A DNA stretch of 64,000 nt from positions 11,021 through 75,020 of the forward strand of contig DALF01000019.1 of the NCBI GenBank assembly GCA_002499345.1. Direction: 5' to 3'. A program made the translations under genes and the position numbers. The notes beneath the pieces are model-generated. The model made no database searches, was not told where the DNA came from, and was given only the letters and a program-made list of their open reading frames with translations. Of this stretch, positions 8,775 through 17,451 are shown in pieces; position 1 is the stretch's first letter; each line of letters opens with the position of its first letter. The DNA is from Euryarchaeota archaeon UBA170 (lineage in GTDB: Archaea > Thermoplasmatota > Poseidoniia > Poseidoniales > Thalassarchaeaceae).

Positions 8775-9728
8775 CTAGAATTTCCTAGTGGATGAGACAA
8801 ATTTGTGAGTTCCAGAAGATACGTCAATAATTTCTGAGTGTACTGATGCCTTTCCGTCCTGATGGAATTCAACCCCCTTGGTTCTTCCGTCACAGACTCC
8901 TGAGCTAATGAATATTGAGTCATCAGAAGAGCATAAATCATCCCTATCCCACAGCCTCTCGATATCTCCTTCAATCATTCTTTCGGCCCTCTCTCTGTGA
9001 CCATCGTTCTTGAAAACCAATCTTCCCTGAAAGGGAGCACCTAGGCCTCTGAGGGCTGTTGCGGTAATGACTCCCTCGGGAGCGGCCCCAATTCCCATTA
9101 GCATATCAATATCGGAACTTGGATCTGCGGCATTTAATGCCGCGGATACATCTCCATCTCCAATCCTTATCACATTGGCTCCGAAATCAGTGATCTCTCT
9201 GATCAGGGTATGGTGTCTGGGACGATCCATTACTACCACATTGAGTTCTGAAGGAGGCTTTCCCAGTACATTACATGCTGAATCTAGATTGTAGGAAGTC
9301 TCTGCATCGAGGCTCAATTTTCCGAGTAATTCCTTCGATCCTGCAATTTTATCCATGTAGCAGTCTGGAGCATGTAAAAGTGATCCCTTTGGGGCGGCCG
9401 CTAGGACTGCCACTGCATTAGGAAGGTCATTTGCTACATGATTTGTACATTCCAGTGGATCTACTGCAATATCTATGCTTGGTGCGCCGGAGACTCCTTG
9501 CATTGATCCAAGTGGCTCGCCAATCCAAAGCATGGGAGCGTCGTCCCTCTCCCCCTCTCCTATAGCTACCCTGCCATCGAATGGTACCGTATCAAAGACG
9601 GCCCTCATTGCCTCTACTGCGGCTCCATCAGCCGCCTTACCATCTCCTTTTCCCCTCCAAGGAGATGCCGCTACTGCTGCTGCCTCAGTAGCTTGGAGGA
9701 AGAAATTCGCCAGGTTCGATGTCGCCAT
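8775..9728 (-). CDS. glpX: Fructose-1,6-bisphosphatase class II (GlpX type).
   Basis: Strong similarity pattern to GlpX: GKGDGKAADGAAVEAMR, IGEGERDDAPMLWIGE, IDIAVDPLECT, GDGDV; 317 aa. Confidence 0.85.
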   Translation of the reverse strand: MATSNLANFFLQATEAAAVAASPWRGKGDGKAADGAAVEAMRAVFDTVPFDGRVAIGEGERDDAPMLWIGEPLGSMQGVSGAPSIDIAVDPLECTNHVANDLPNAVAVLAAAPKGSLLHAPDCYMDKIAGSKELLGKLSLDAETSYNLDSACNVLGKPPSELNVVVMDRPRHHTLIREITDFGANVIRIGDGDVSAALNAADPSSDIDMLMGIGAAPEGVITATALRGLGAPFQGRLVFKNDGHRERAERMIEGDIERLWDRDDLCSSDDSIFISSGVCDGRTKGVEFHQDGKASVHSEIIDVSSGTHKFVSSTRKF

Positions 9729-9753
9729 GTACCTGCGAAGGGCAACTGGTCAT

Positions 9754-10224
9754 TCAATTGTGCGGCTGCCCCTTCTTCTTTTCTAAAACCCTTATTCCCT
9801 CGATACATGTATCCAGATATTGTCCATTTGGGTCTTTCTCGGTGGATTTGAGCATATCGAAAGCGCATAGTAGTCCAGCACTTACTCCACATAGAGCCTC
9901 CATCTCTACACCCGTGGTCCAGTGAGTACTTACTGTTACAGTGCATCTCAATCCATTGGGCTCTATCACCCAATGGACCGAGCACCCCTCTACTGGGACA
10001 GTATGGCAGTGAGGGATGGTCCGGGGGGTTTCTTTGACGGCTTGGATGGCGGCCACCGTGGATGCCTCCCTAACATCTCCTTTGATTGACTTCCCGTTGG
10101 AGACAATATCCAGGCTTTTCTTGGATAGCTTCAGTATTCCTGTGGCCTCGGCTTCTCTGAATACCACTCTCTTGGAACCTATATCGACAATACCAACTCT
10201 TTTTCCATCCATCTTACTGACCAC
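9754..10224 (-). CDS. moaC: Cyclic pyranopterin monophosphate synthase accessory protein MoaC.
   Basis: KGDVREASTVAAIQAVKET...IPHCH...GVEMEALCGVSAGLL conserved MoaC core; 156 aa. Confidence 0.85.
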   Translation of the reverse strand: MVSKMDGKRVGIVDIGSKRVVFREAEATGILKLSKKSLDIVSNGKSIKGDVREASTVAAIQAVKETPRTIPHCHTVPVEGCSVHWVIEPNGLRCTVTVSTHWTTGVEMEALCGVSAGLLCAFDMLKSTEKDPNGQYLDTCIEGIRVLEKKKGQPHN

Positions 10225-10285
10225 GGGAGAGGGGTTTTACTAATAGGTAATCTGGAGGGATATCTAGTTGGATAGAAGAATTATT

Positions 10286-10705
10286 TCATCCTAAGCCAGA
10301 TTTCCAAGATTCACCCTCTGTTGTGACTTCTTTCTTCCATAGAGGGGCCTGTGACTTTAATTCATCCATTATCCACGAACAAGCTGTAAATCCTGATGCC
10401 CTGTGAGGAGAGCTAACATGTACACAAACAATAGGTTCTGATGGTAAAACAACTCCAGTCCTGTGCGCGATAACAACGGAGTTAACATCAAACAATGAGA
10501 TAGCGTTGCGCCCGATTTTTTTTAGGGCGATTGGCAGCTCTTTATCCCAGTGATCGAATTCTAATCTCTCTACCGTAGAATTTCCCTCAGACCCCCTAGT
10601 AATTCCGATAAATGAGACAATGCTTCCACAACCTTCGGTTTCCAGAATCTTTCTTAGAGAATCTGGATTGAGGACTTCTGGCTCAATTGAGATATGCACT
10701 GACAT
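10286..10705 (-). CDS. moaE: Molybdopterin synthase catalytic subunit MoaE.
   Basis: MoaE-like core (ISIEPEV...GCGSIVSFIGITR...FDHW). The track ORF extends to 10864 and would overlap the divergent oxidoreductase start; an internal start at MSVHIS (10705) gives the normal ~140 aa. Confidence 0.7.
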   Translation of the reverse strand: MSVHISIEPEVLNPDSLRKILETEGCGSIVSFIGITRGSEGNSTVERLEFDHWDKELPIALKKIGRNAISLFDVNSVVIAHRTGVVLPSEPIVCVHVSSPHRASGFTACSWIMDELKSQAPLWKKEVTTEGESWKSGLG

Positions 10706-10784
10706 AGATGCGCATCCCCTTACTCGACTTGAATTAGCCGGAAGAGACCCAACTGTTGAAGCGTATGACATAAGTCGGATATTC

Positions 10785-12011
10785 GTGGAAAGAGGACCCA
10801 TACACATTCTCGGGGCTGGTCTGTCGGGACTGTCGGCGGCTACCATACTAGCCAATGCGGGCATTGAAGTACACGTACATGAAATCAGAGGCGATAGCGG
10901 TGCGAGGTTCGACGGAGACTTTCAAGGACTGGAAAATTGGACGACTGGGAATGACTTCTTCGAAGATATGCGGGAATGGGGCCTTGATCCTGGATCTTTC
11001 AAATCCGATGCATTCAGCGTCGTAGACCTAATCCATCCAGACGATGTGATCACACAACCCAGAACTGAAGGTATTGCATTCAGGGTAGTCGAGAGGGGCA
11101 CTGATGAGCATTGCATAGATCAGGGCTTCAAGAGAATGGCAATTGCGGCTGGAGCTAAAATACACTACAACTCCAGAAGAGACCCACAGGATTGCCAAAT
11201 TATTGCTGCTGGCCCCAAGGAGTCAAGTGCGATAGCTTTTGGAGAAGTCTTTCATACGGATCATCCAAATCATGTTTCATTCCAATTAAATGATAAATTG
11301 GCCCCTGGTGCTTATTCATACCTGATAATAATTGATGGTGTTGGCCTCATCTGTACCTGTCTTTGGAGGAAACAGAAGAAGAGTGGCAGATATCTGAATG
11401 AAACTATTGCTTGGTACGATAAGCATTACGAGTTGAATCGGAAGCCAATCAAGAGAGTCGGGGGGAAAGGAGATTTTTCCATTCCCGATAGGTATGTACA
11501 TGATGGGAGATTCTACGTTGGGGAAGCGGGCGGACTTCAAGATTTCATGTGGGGCTTTGGGATGAGATATGCAATAACTAGTGGGTCTTTGGCCGCTAAA
11601 TCGATACTTGGCGAGTGCGACTACGAAGATGAAATTAGGAAACGCCTGGTACCGCTGATCAAGGTCAGTGCTACAAATCGATTCCTAATGAACAGGATTG
11701 GGGATAGAGGGTTCAAGAAGGTCGCGCAATATTGGATGAGAGATCAAAAGAAGAGGGGAGATGGATTGGAATTTATGCGCTGGGTATACACCCCTGGCAT
11801 AATCAGAAAGATGATGTGGCCCATTGCAAAATTGGCCATGCTCAGGAGAAAAAAGATGAATGATGGGAGGATGGTGACTAGAATGCCCTTCCGTGGATCT
11901 CTTAGAAGAGATTCTTGGGAGCAGAGCGAAGAGGCTCTTAAAATTGGAGAGCAGTGGAAGGAAGTTAAGAAAACAGGAGGTTCCGTATCCTTCCCAGATA
12001 GTGATACATGA
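10785..12011 (+). CDS. FAD-dependent oxidoreductase (Rossmann GxGxxG N-terminus; geranylgeranyl-reductase/flavin-monooxygenase-like) with a basic C-terminal tail.
   Basis: HILGAGLSGLSAATILANAGIEVHVHE dinucleotide-binding motif sits directly after a GTG at 10785. The track ORF from 10620 is probably an artefactual extension. Confidence 0.55.
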   Translation: MERGPIHILGAGLSGLSAATILANAGIEVHVHEIRGDSGARFDGDFQGLENWTTGNDFFEDMREWGLDPGSFKSDAFSVVDLIHPDDVITQPRTEGIAFRVVERGTDEHCIDQGFKRMAIAAGAKIHYNSRRDPQDCQIIAAGPKESSAIAFGEVFHTDHPNHVSFQLNDKLAPGAYSYLIIIDGVGLICTCLWRKQKKSGRYLNETIAWYDKHYELNRKPIKRVGGKGDFSIPDRYVHDGRFYVGEAGGLQDFMWGFGMRYAITSGSLAAKSILGECDYEDEIRKRLVPLIKVSATNRFLMNRIGDRGFKKVAQYWMRDQKKRGDGLEFMRWVYTPGIIRKMMWPIAKLAMLRRKKMNDGRMVTRMPFRGSLRRDSWEQSEEALKIGEQWKEVKKTGGSVSFPDSDT

Positions 12012-12089
12012 CTCCCTAGTGGTTTCCGTTTGATTGATATGGACCTCCCTTGTGGAAAGGTCATGACGTCATGGCCCGAACTTCAGCCG

Positions 12090-12923
12090 ATGAAAAACAA
12101 CTTGGTAAACTATGGAGTAACAGAGAACGGCATTGCGATAATCGAACTTTGCTCGGACTCTGCTGGAGAGCCACTCTCTGAGGGAAAAACTCCTGTAAAC
12201 ACATACACTAGAGAAATGTGGCACGATATTGATGATGCGATACTAAGTGCGAGATTTGATGATGATGTATCTGTTATTCTAATCACGGGATATGGTGAAA
12301 AATTCTTCTCAGCTGGTGCTAGTATCAAGTACCTAAACAAACTAACTCCAAGGTACAAGTATTTCTTCTGCCTTCATGCTAACGAGACTCTTTCCCGATT
12401 GGAGCAAACCCCAAAGCTCGTCATAGCCGCTTTGAATGGGCATACCGTCGGAGGGGGCCTCGAAATAGCTATGGCCGCGGATATCAGAGTTGCTAGAAAG
12501 GGAAATTTCCAAGTCGGACTTCCCGAAGTGGCTCTTGGAGTTCTTGCAGGCACTGGAGGGACTGCTCGTTTATCCAGACTGGTCGGAAAGGCGAAAGCCA
12601 TGGAGATAATGGTTACAGGGAGAAAGTTCTCCTTTGAGGAATCGCGAGAAATGGATCTCGTTCACGACATATATGACTCGATGTCGCTTGAGGAATTTCA
12701 TCAGGATGTCCTAGACTATGCGGGAAGATTTACCCTGCCCTTCGCCGCGGCAAAGGCCATTGGTAATATCAAGAGAAGTGTCCAAAGTGGCCTAGAGATT
12801 CCACTAGAGTATCACTTGGCCTTGGAGAGGGAGCTACAATCTGATTTATTCCAATCCAACGATGCCAAGGCAGGAATCAAGGCGTATGTCGAGACAAAGA
12901 CCCCGAGATTTGAAGGGAACTGA
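12090..12923 (+). CDS. Enoyl-CoA hydratase/isomerase (crotonase superfamily).
   Basis: ALNGHTVGGGLEIAMAADIRVA oxyanion-hole/active-site region. The start is probably the MKNN Met rather than 12030. Confidence 0.8.
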   Translation: MKNNLVNYGVTENGIAIIELCSDSAGEPLSEGKTPVNTYTREMWHDIDDAILSARFDDDVSVILITGYGEKFFSAGASIKYLNKLTPRYKYFFCLHANETLSRLEQTPKLVIAALNGHTVGGGLEIAMAADIRVARKGNFQVGLPEVALGVLAGTGGTARLSRLVGKAKAMEIMVTGRKFSFEESREMDLVHDIYDSMSLEEFHQDVLDYAGRFTLPFAAAKAIGNIKRSVQSGLEIPLEYHLALERELQSDLFQSNDAKAGIKAYVETKTPRFEGN

Positions 12924-12983
12924 GAGTAAATTTGCCGATTCTATGATACGTCGTTTGATATACCTGTTATTCGAGCGAGGGTT

Positions 12984-14123
12984 ATGGCAGATACTGAGAT
13001 AGTAGAGAGTTACAGTCAAAACTTTGAGTCTTGGATTAGTGACTTCAGCGAGTGGCAGACAAGAATTGGTTTCGATCCTTCATGGCTCGGAGATTACAGG
13101 TTTGATATCAAATTTGATTGGGATACTGCGGGTAGCGAGATAGAGTTTGGAGATTTCCAAGGAATGCCTAAGTGGGAGCGAAGAATGCAGATTCCCCAGC
13201 AGAACATTATGGATGCAATCATCAACATGGTAAGCGTTCAGGGAGATACAGAATTTGCAAGTGTTGAGCAACAGAATCACTTACTCGCTTCAGCACCTAC
13301 TGAATATGATAGAAAGTCCGCACTTAGGATAATGTGTGAAGAACAAAGGCATGGCTGGCAGATGGCATATCTATTGTGCACATTCTTTGGAGAGCAAGGT
13401 GTCAGGGAGGCGTCCAAGCTATTGGAGAGGAATGCCCAGGAGGGAACCAGAATTCTAGGTTCATTCAACGAACCCATTGACCACTGGCTTGATTTCTTCT
13501 GCTTCACACACTTCATAGACAGAGATGGAAAGTACCAGCTGAAAATGCTGAGTACATCATCATTCAAACCACTTGCGGCAAGCATGGGACCGATGCTGAA
13601 AGAGGAGTCCTTCCACTTGGGAACAGGTGCAAACGGACTGAGAAGAATTGTCAAGCAAGGCGTCATACCGGTTTCTCTGTTACAGAAATACATCAACAAG
13701 TGGGTCAGTACCGGGCTCGACCTATTCGGAACCGATGACTCGACCAGTGCCCAGTGGGCTTATGTTTATGGCGTCAAAGGAAGATATGACGAGCGAGAGT
13801 CTGATGCCGATGCAGATAGAGCGCACCTGAATGAGGCTAGTAGAGATCTTTACTTTGAGGAATTGAGAAAGGAAATGGTCAGAATCAGTAAGTCCCGGAA
13901 GGAAGGGGAGCCAGAGCTATATCTCCCCTCTGATAAATTCAAGAGGGGGATCGGCAAGTATGCAGGAGAGAAGTTCACTGTTCACGGGGAAGTTTTCGAA
14001 GGCAGTGATAGTGATTATGAAGCCTACCTAGCGACTGTGATTCCAACTGATGAAGATGAACATAAGCTAATCAACGATTACATGAAGAAAGAGTGGATTC
14101 AGTACAGAGAGTGGAAAGGCTAG
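12984..14123 (+). CDS. Ferritin-like di-iron oxygenase, PaaA-like (1,2-phenylacetyl-CoA epoxidase catalytic-subunit family).
   Basis: Two ExxH iron-ligand helices: RIMCEEQRHGWQMAYLL (compare PaaA LAKVQDEAGHGLYLY) and KEESFHLG, which matches the PaaA motif KEESFH exactly; 379 aa. Confidence 0.6.
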   Translation: MADTEIVESYSQNFESWISDFSEWQTRIGFDPSWLGDYRFDIKFDWDTAGSEIEFGDFQGMPKWERRMQIPQQNIMDAIINMVSVQGDTEFASVEQQNHLLASAPTEYDRKSALRIMCEEQRHGWQMAYLLCTFFGEQGVREASKLLERNAQEGTRILGSFNEPIDHWLDFFCFTHFIDRDGKYQLKMLSTSSFKPLAASMGPMLKEESFHLGTGANGLRRIVKQGVIPVSLLQKYINKWVSTGLDLFGTDDSTSAQWAYVYGVKGRYDERESDADADRAHLNEASRDLYFEELRKEMVRISKSRKEGEPELYLPSDKFKRGIGKYAGEKFTVHGEVFEGSDSDYEAYLATVIPTDEDEHKLINDYMKKEWIQYREWKG

Positions 14124-14133
14124 TGGAGGTGGA

Positions 14134-14700
14134 TTGATGCAATTTCACTCATTGACCCTTTTTGACAAAGAGAAGTGTGCTCACTTCTTTGATCACCTAA
14201 CCGATTATTTCTACAAACACCACCATTCAGATGAAGAATATGCAGATACCTATGAGAATCTTCTGTATACGGTGAAACGCCCATACACTGCTGGGATGCT
14301 CGATCAAATAGATGACTGGATGGGACTCCCAAAGAGACAGTGGAGGGAAGAAACACAGAGAGAGGTAATGCTCTCCCTCTATGCCATTAGATACCCAGAT
14401 ACCTTGCTAATTGATAGTCTAACTGAAAAGCCGAAGTCCGATATCAGAAGACTCTCTGCTTACCTTCACTTCACACACCATACCTACTCTATATGGGATG
14501 AAGATACTAGGAAGGGGCTGGAAAGACTTGGAATAATGATTCCTCCCACTGAAGAAGCGGATCCTTTCATCTACGGAGCATATGTGTCTGCCATTGAGCT
14601 ACTAAAGGACGTAGCTCCATTTACTTGCTTCCTTGAACATGACGTTCCTCGGCAGAGGTTGTTTCAGTCAGCTCTGGCCGCTTATGGCCGTGAAGCTTGA
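14134..14700 (+). CDS. Hypothetical His-rich protein (188 aa) co-oriented with the PaaA-like gene.
   Basis: No recognisable motif; sits 10 bp downstream of the PaaA-like gene and overlaps the next gene, which suggests one operon. Confidence 0.35.
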   Translation: MMQFHSLTLFDKEKCAHFFDHLTDYFYKHHHSDEEYADTYENLLYTVKRPYTAGMLDQIDDWMGLPKRQWREETQREVMLSLYAIRYPDTLLIDSLTEKPKSDIRRLSAYLHFTHHTYSIWDEDTRKGLERLGIMIPPTEEADPFIYGAYVSAIELLKDVAPFTCFLEHDVPRQRLFQSALAAYGREA

Positions 14701-14741
14701 GTACGTCTTATTTCTTGGACTGTCTTCGAGGTAGCGTGAGT

Positions 14742-15620
14742 ATGCGTACCGTAGCTGTAATTGGAGCTGGGACAATGGGCTCAGGAATCGCGCAAGTTTG
14801 TGTCCAGACTGGTTGGGAAACTAGATTGTACGATGCGTTTCCAGATTCCCTTGAGAAGGGAATGTTTTCCATTAGTGAGTTTTGGAGAAGTGGTATCTCG
14901 CGTGGCAAGAATACTGAAGAAGAAGTAAAAATCTGGTCAAATAAATTAGTAGCATGCGATAATCTTGAGAGGGCCCTGTCAGGAGTTAATCTTGTAATCG
15001 AGGCAGTCCCAGAGAGAATTGATTTGAAAAAATCAATATTCAGAAAAATAGAGGAGTTTGCACCGGAAAATGCAATTTTAGCTACTAATACCTCTGGATT
15101 GAGAATATCAGAAATTGCATCTGCAGTGAAAAATCCGGAGAGGGTAGTTGGAATGCACTTCTTCAATCCAGTTCCAATTATGAAGCTATTAGAAGTAATC
15201 AAACATGACCTAGCTTCTGATGATATCGTAAGAGAAGTTATCGAGATTGGTGAAAAAATGGGAAAAACTACTATTGTTGTCGGAGACATACCAGGTTTTG
15301 CAACTAGTAGGCTTGGGGTGATATTAGGTAATGAGGCGATTAGAATGTTGGCAGAGGGAGTGGCAAGTGCCAGTGACATTGACACGGCTATGAAGCTAGG
15401 ATATAGACATCCAATGGGACCCTTAGAGTTGTCTGACTTAGTGGGCCTAGACGTACGTAGAGATATTTTGAATAATCTTGCAGAGTCGTTCGATGATTCT
15501 TCTTATCTTCCTCATCCACTACTAGATAGACTAGTAGAATCTGGAGAATTGGGAAAGAAGACTGGTCGTGGCATTTACAACTGGTCTGAAGAAGGGAAAT
15601 CAGAGAGAGAAGATCTGTGA
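14742..15620 (+). CDS. 3-hydroxyacyl-CoA dehydrogenase (NAD-binding; 3-hydroxybutyryl-CoA dehydrogenase/PaaH-like).
   Basis: VAVIGAGTMGSGIAQV Rossmann motif, NTSGL, GFATSRLG and C-terminal dimerisation-domain pattern. Start probably at MRTVAVIGAG rather than 14697. Confidence 0.85.
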   Translation: MRTVAVIGAGTMGSGIAQVCVQTGWETRLYDAFPDSLEKGMFSISEFWRSGISRGKNTEEEVKIWSNKLVACDNLERALSGVNLVIEAVPERIDLKKSIFRKIEEFAPENAILATNTSGLRISEIASAVKNPERVVGMHFFNPVPIMKLLEVIKHDLASDDIVREVIEIGEKMGKTTIVVGDIPGFATSRLGVILGNEAIRMLAEGVASASDIDTAMKLGYRHPMGPLELSDLVGLDVRRDILNNLAESFDDSSYLPHPLLDRLVESGELGKKTGRGIYNWSEEGKSEREDL

Positions 15621-15629
15621 GTTGGTTCA

Positions 15630-15926
15630 GTGCAGGAGATTTTCATCGAGACCATAGGAATAATCGCGGGCTCTCTTGGCGTAATTGCATGGATACCTCA
15701 AATTAGAGAGGTTTGGATTGAGGGCTTGCACGAAGGGATTTCGCTACCGACCTTCTTTCTCGTGTCTTCCGCTTTGGTTCTTTGGCTGATATATGGATTT
15801 TTAGTGAGTTCTATATCAATAATTATAGCAAATATTGCCGCTTTGGTATGTATCATATCACTCATTGTTGGAGTAATGAGACTACGTAATTCAGAGCCGA
15901 ATAGTGGTGCGAACACCGGGAGTTGA
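15630..15926 (+). CDS. Small 3-TM PQ-loop/SemiSWEET-like membrane protein (98 aa).
   Basis: IGIIAGSLGVIAWIPQI contains the PQ motif in TM1; three hydrophobic helices. The 3' end overlaps the antisense tRNA-Gly by about 22 nt. Confidence 0.4.
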   Translation: MQEIFIETIGIIAGSLGVIAWIPQIREVWIEGLHEGISLPTFFLVSSALVLWLIYGFLVSSISIIIANIAALVCIISLIVGVMRLRNSEPNSGANTGS

Positions 15927-15979
15927 ACCCGGGTTAGCAGGTTGGGAACCTGCTGTCATAACCACTAGACCATGTCCGC
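15905..15979 (-). tRNA. tRNA-Gly (anticodon CCC), genomically encoded CCA end.
   Basis: Minus-strand sequence GCGGACA-TG-GTCTAGTGGTTATGACA-GCAGG-TTCCCAA-CCTGC-TAAC-CCGGG-TTCAACT-CCCGG-TGTTCGC-A-CCA. 7-bp acceptor stem, 5-bp anticodon stem, anticodon CCC at positions 34-36, T-loop TTCAACT. Confidence 0.85.
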
Positions 15980-16027
15980 TTGTTAGTTGGGAGTCGTAAT
16001 AGGTAATTTAGCGACTCGGTTTGGAAA

Positions 16028-17359
16028 CTAGGGTCTGGCATCTGCCTTCTTATTCCTTGATTTCCTTCTATGTCTGCGATTTCCCTTATCTCCATAATTC
16101 TTGCTACGATTATCGTCAGAACCTTTGTTGAAGCCATTTCTTTTCGAGTTTCTTGAACGCCCTCTTCTGCTGCGTTTTTTCCTCCCGCTTGAGTTCCCTT
16201 CCCCTTTTTCACTTGAGGGAATTAGATTGAATTCATTCTTTTTTAATTCCTCGGGTCTAGGATCGGTGAATCTTTTTCTTATTCCTACTTCTCTCTGAAT
16301 TCTGTTGTAACTTCTTTGCTCGTTCCTCTTGACAAAAGAGATTACAACTCCACTATTTCCCGCTCTCGCAGTTCTGCCGCTCCTATGCTTGTATGCCTTT
16401 GCATCATCAGGGGGATCGTAGTGAATTACACAGTTTATCCCTTCAACATCTATACCTCTTGCTGCGACATCTGTAGCTACAAGCACCATGCTTCTACCGC
16501 TACTAAACTTCCTCATTGCACGGTCTCTCTGTTTTTGATTCAAGCCCCCGTGTAGTGAGGAAAGAGCGACACTGTCTAACTGCATCTCATCACTCAATCT
16601 ATCTACTCCTGCCCTGGTTCTACAGAATATGATGCTCCTTCCTGACCTCCTCACTGATTTCACAGCAACCTCGGTCTTATTGTGTGGCTTGACATTCCAG
16701 AAGAGGTGCTCCATACTATCCATACTGATTTCTTTTGGCCCCACCTCAATTCTGACTGGGTCGTCCTGATACGACTTGACTAGCTTGGAAACGTCACGAT
16801 CTAAGGTAGCGCTGAAAAGTATCATTTGAGGTTCGCTGGTACACTTATCAATAATTCTACAGACTGGTTCCATGAATCCCATATCAGCCATTCGATCGGC
16901 TTCATCAAGAACTACTATGCTGACATCTTCCAGTGATAGTGCTTTTCTCTTTAGTAAATCGAGGAGTCGTCCCGGACAAGCGACTAGAATTTCTACTCCC
17001 TTCTCCAAACCCCTAAGTTGCTTTCCGTATGATGTTCCCCCATATACTGAGAGTACTTTCATTCTTGAATCCCAAGCTAATGGATCTAAGACATTCCTGA
17101 TCTGTTCCGCCAACTCCCTGGTAGGAGTGAGAATCAATGCGGTTGGCTTCTTTGGTTTCGCTGGAAGGGTTCGGGAAATCAATGGGAGCCCAAACGCTAG
17201 AGTCTTTCCTGAGCCCGTTGGGGCCCTACAGCAAATATCTCTTCCTTCCATTGCACTTGGGATAGCTTCAATCTGGACTTCGAAGGGCTCGGTGATTCCT
17301 TGGTCGGCTAGACAGCTAACCAAACTTGGCTCGATTCCTAAGTCTGAGAATTGAACCAC
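16028..17359 (-). CDS. DEAD-box ATP-dependent RNA helicase with a C-terminal Arg/Gly/Lys-rich tail.
   Basis: Q-motif, Walker A APTGSGKT, DEAD (VLDEADRMADMGF), SAT, HRSGRTAR motifs; basic C-terminal extension. Confidence 0.9.
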   Translation of the reverse strand: MVQFSDLGIEPSLVSCLADQGITEPFEVQIEAIPSAMEGRDICCRAPTGSGKTLAFGLPLISRTLPAKPKKPTALILTPTRELAEQIRNVLDPLAWDSRMKVLSVYGGTSYGKQLRGLEKGVEILVACPGRLLDLLKRKALSLEDVSIVVLDEADRMADMGFMEPVCRIIDKCTSEPQMILFSATLDRDVSKLVKSYQDDPVRIEVGPKEISMDSMEHLFWNVKPHNKTEVAVKSVRRSGRSIIFCRTRAGVDRLSDEMQLDSVALSSLHGGLNQKQRDRAMRKFSSGRSMVLVATDVAARGIDVEGINCVIHYDPPDDAKAYKHRSGRTARAGNSGVVISFVKRNEQRSYNRIQREVGIRKRFTDPRPEELKKNEFNLIPSSEKGEGNSSGRKKRSRRGRSRNSKRNGFNKGSDDNRSKNYGDKGNRRHRRKSRNKKADARP

Positions 17360-17451
17360 TGGAAACCCTACAAGACGCCCCGCGTAGGTACCCTATTTAG
17401 TATGGATAGTTGAGTAAGTAGGATTCTGGTTAAACCATCAATATGGCTAAT

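Noticed and set aside
10620-10864. Long N-terminal extensions of moaE (to 10864) and of the FAD oxidoreductase (from 10620), which would overlap each other by ~245 bp on opposite strands.
   Set aside because: Conserved domain boundaries (MoaE core starting at MSVHIS; Rossmann GxGxxG directly after the GTG at 10785) indicate internal starts and a normal ~80-bp divergent promoter instead.
15934-16212. 92-aa minus-strand ORF overlapping the tRNA-Gly(CCC) and the 3' end of the DEAD-box helicase gene.
   Set aside because: It overlaps a well-folded tRNA and the C-terminal RG-rich tail region of the helicase; a low-complexity translation artefact.
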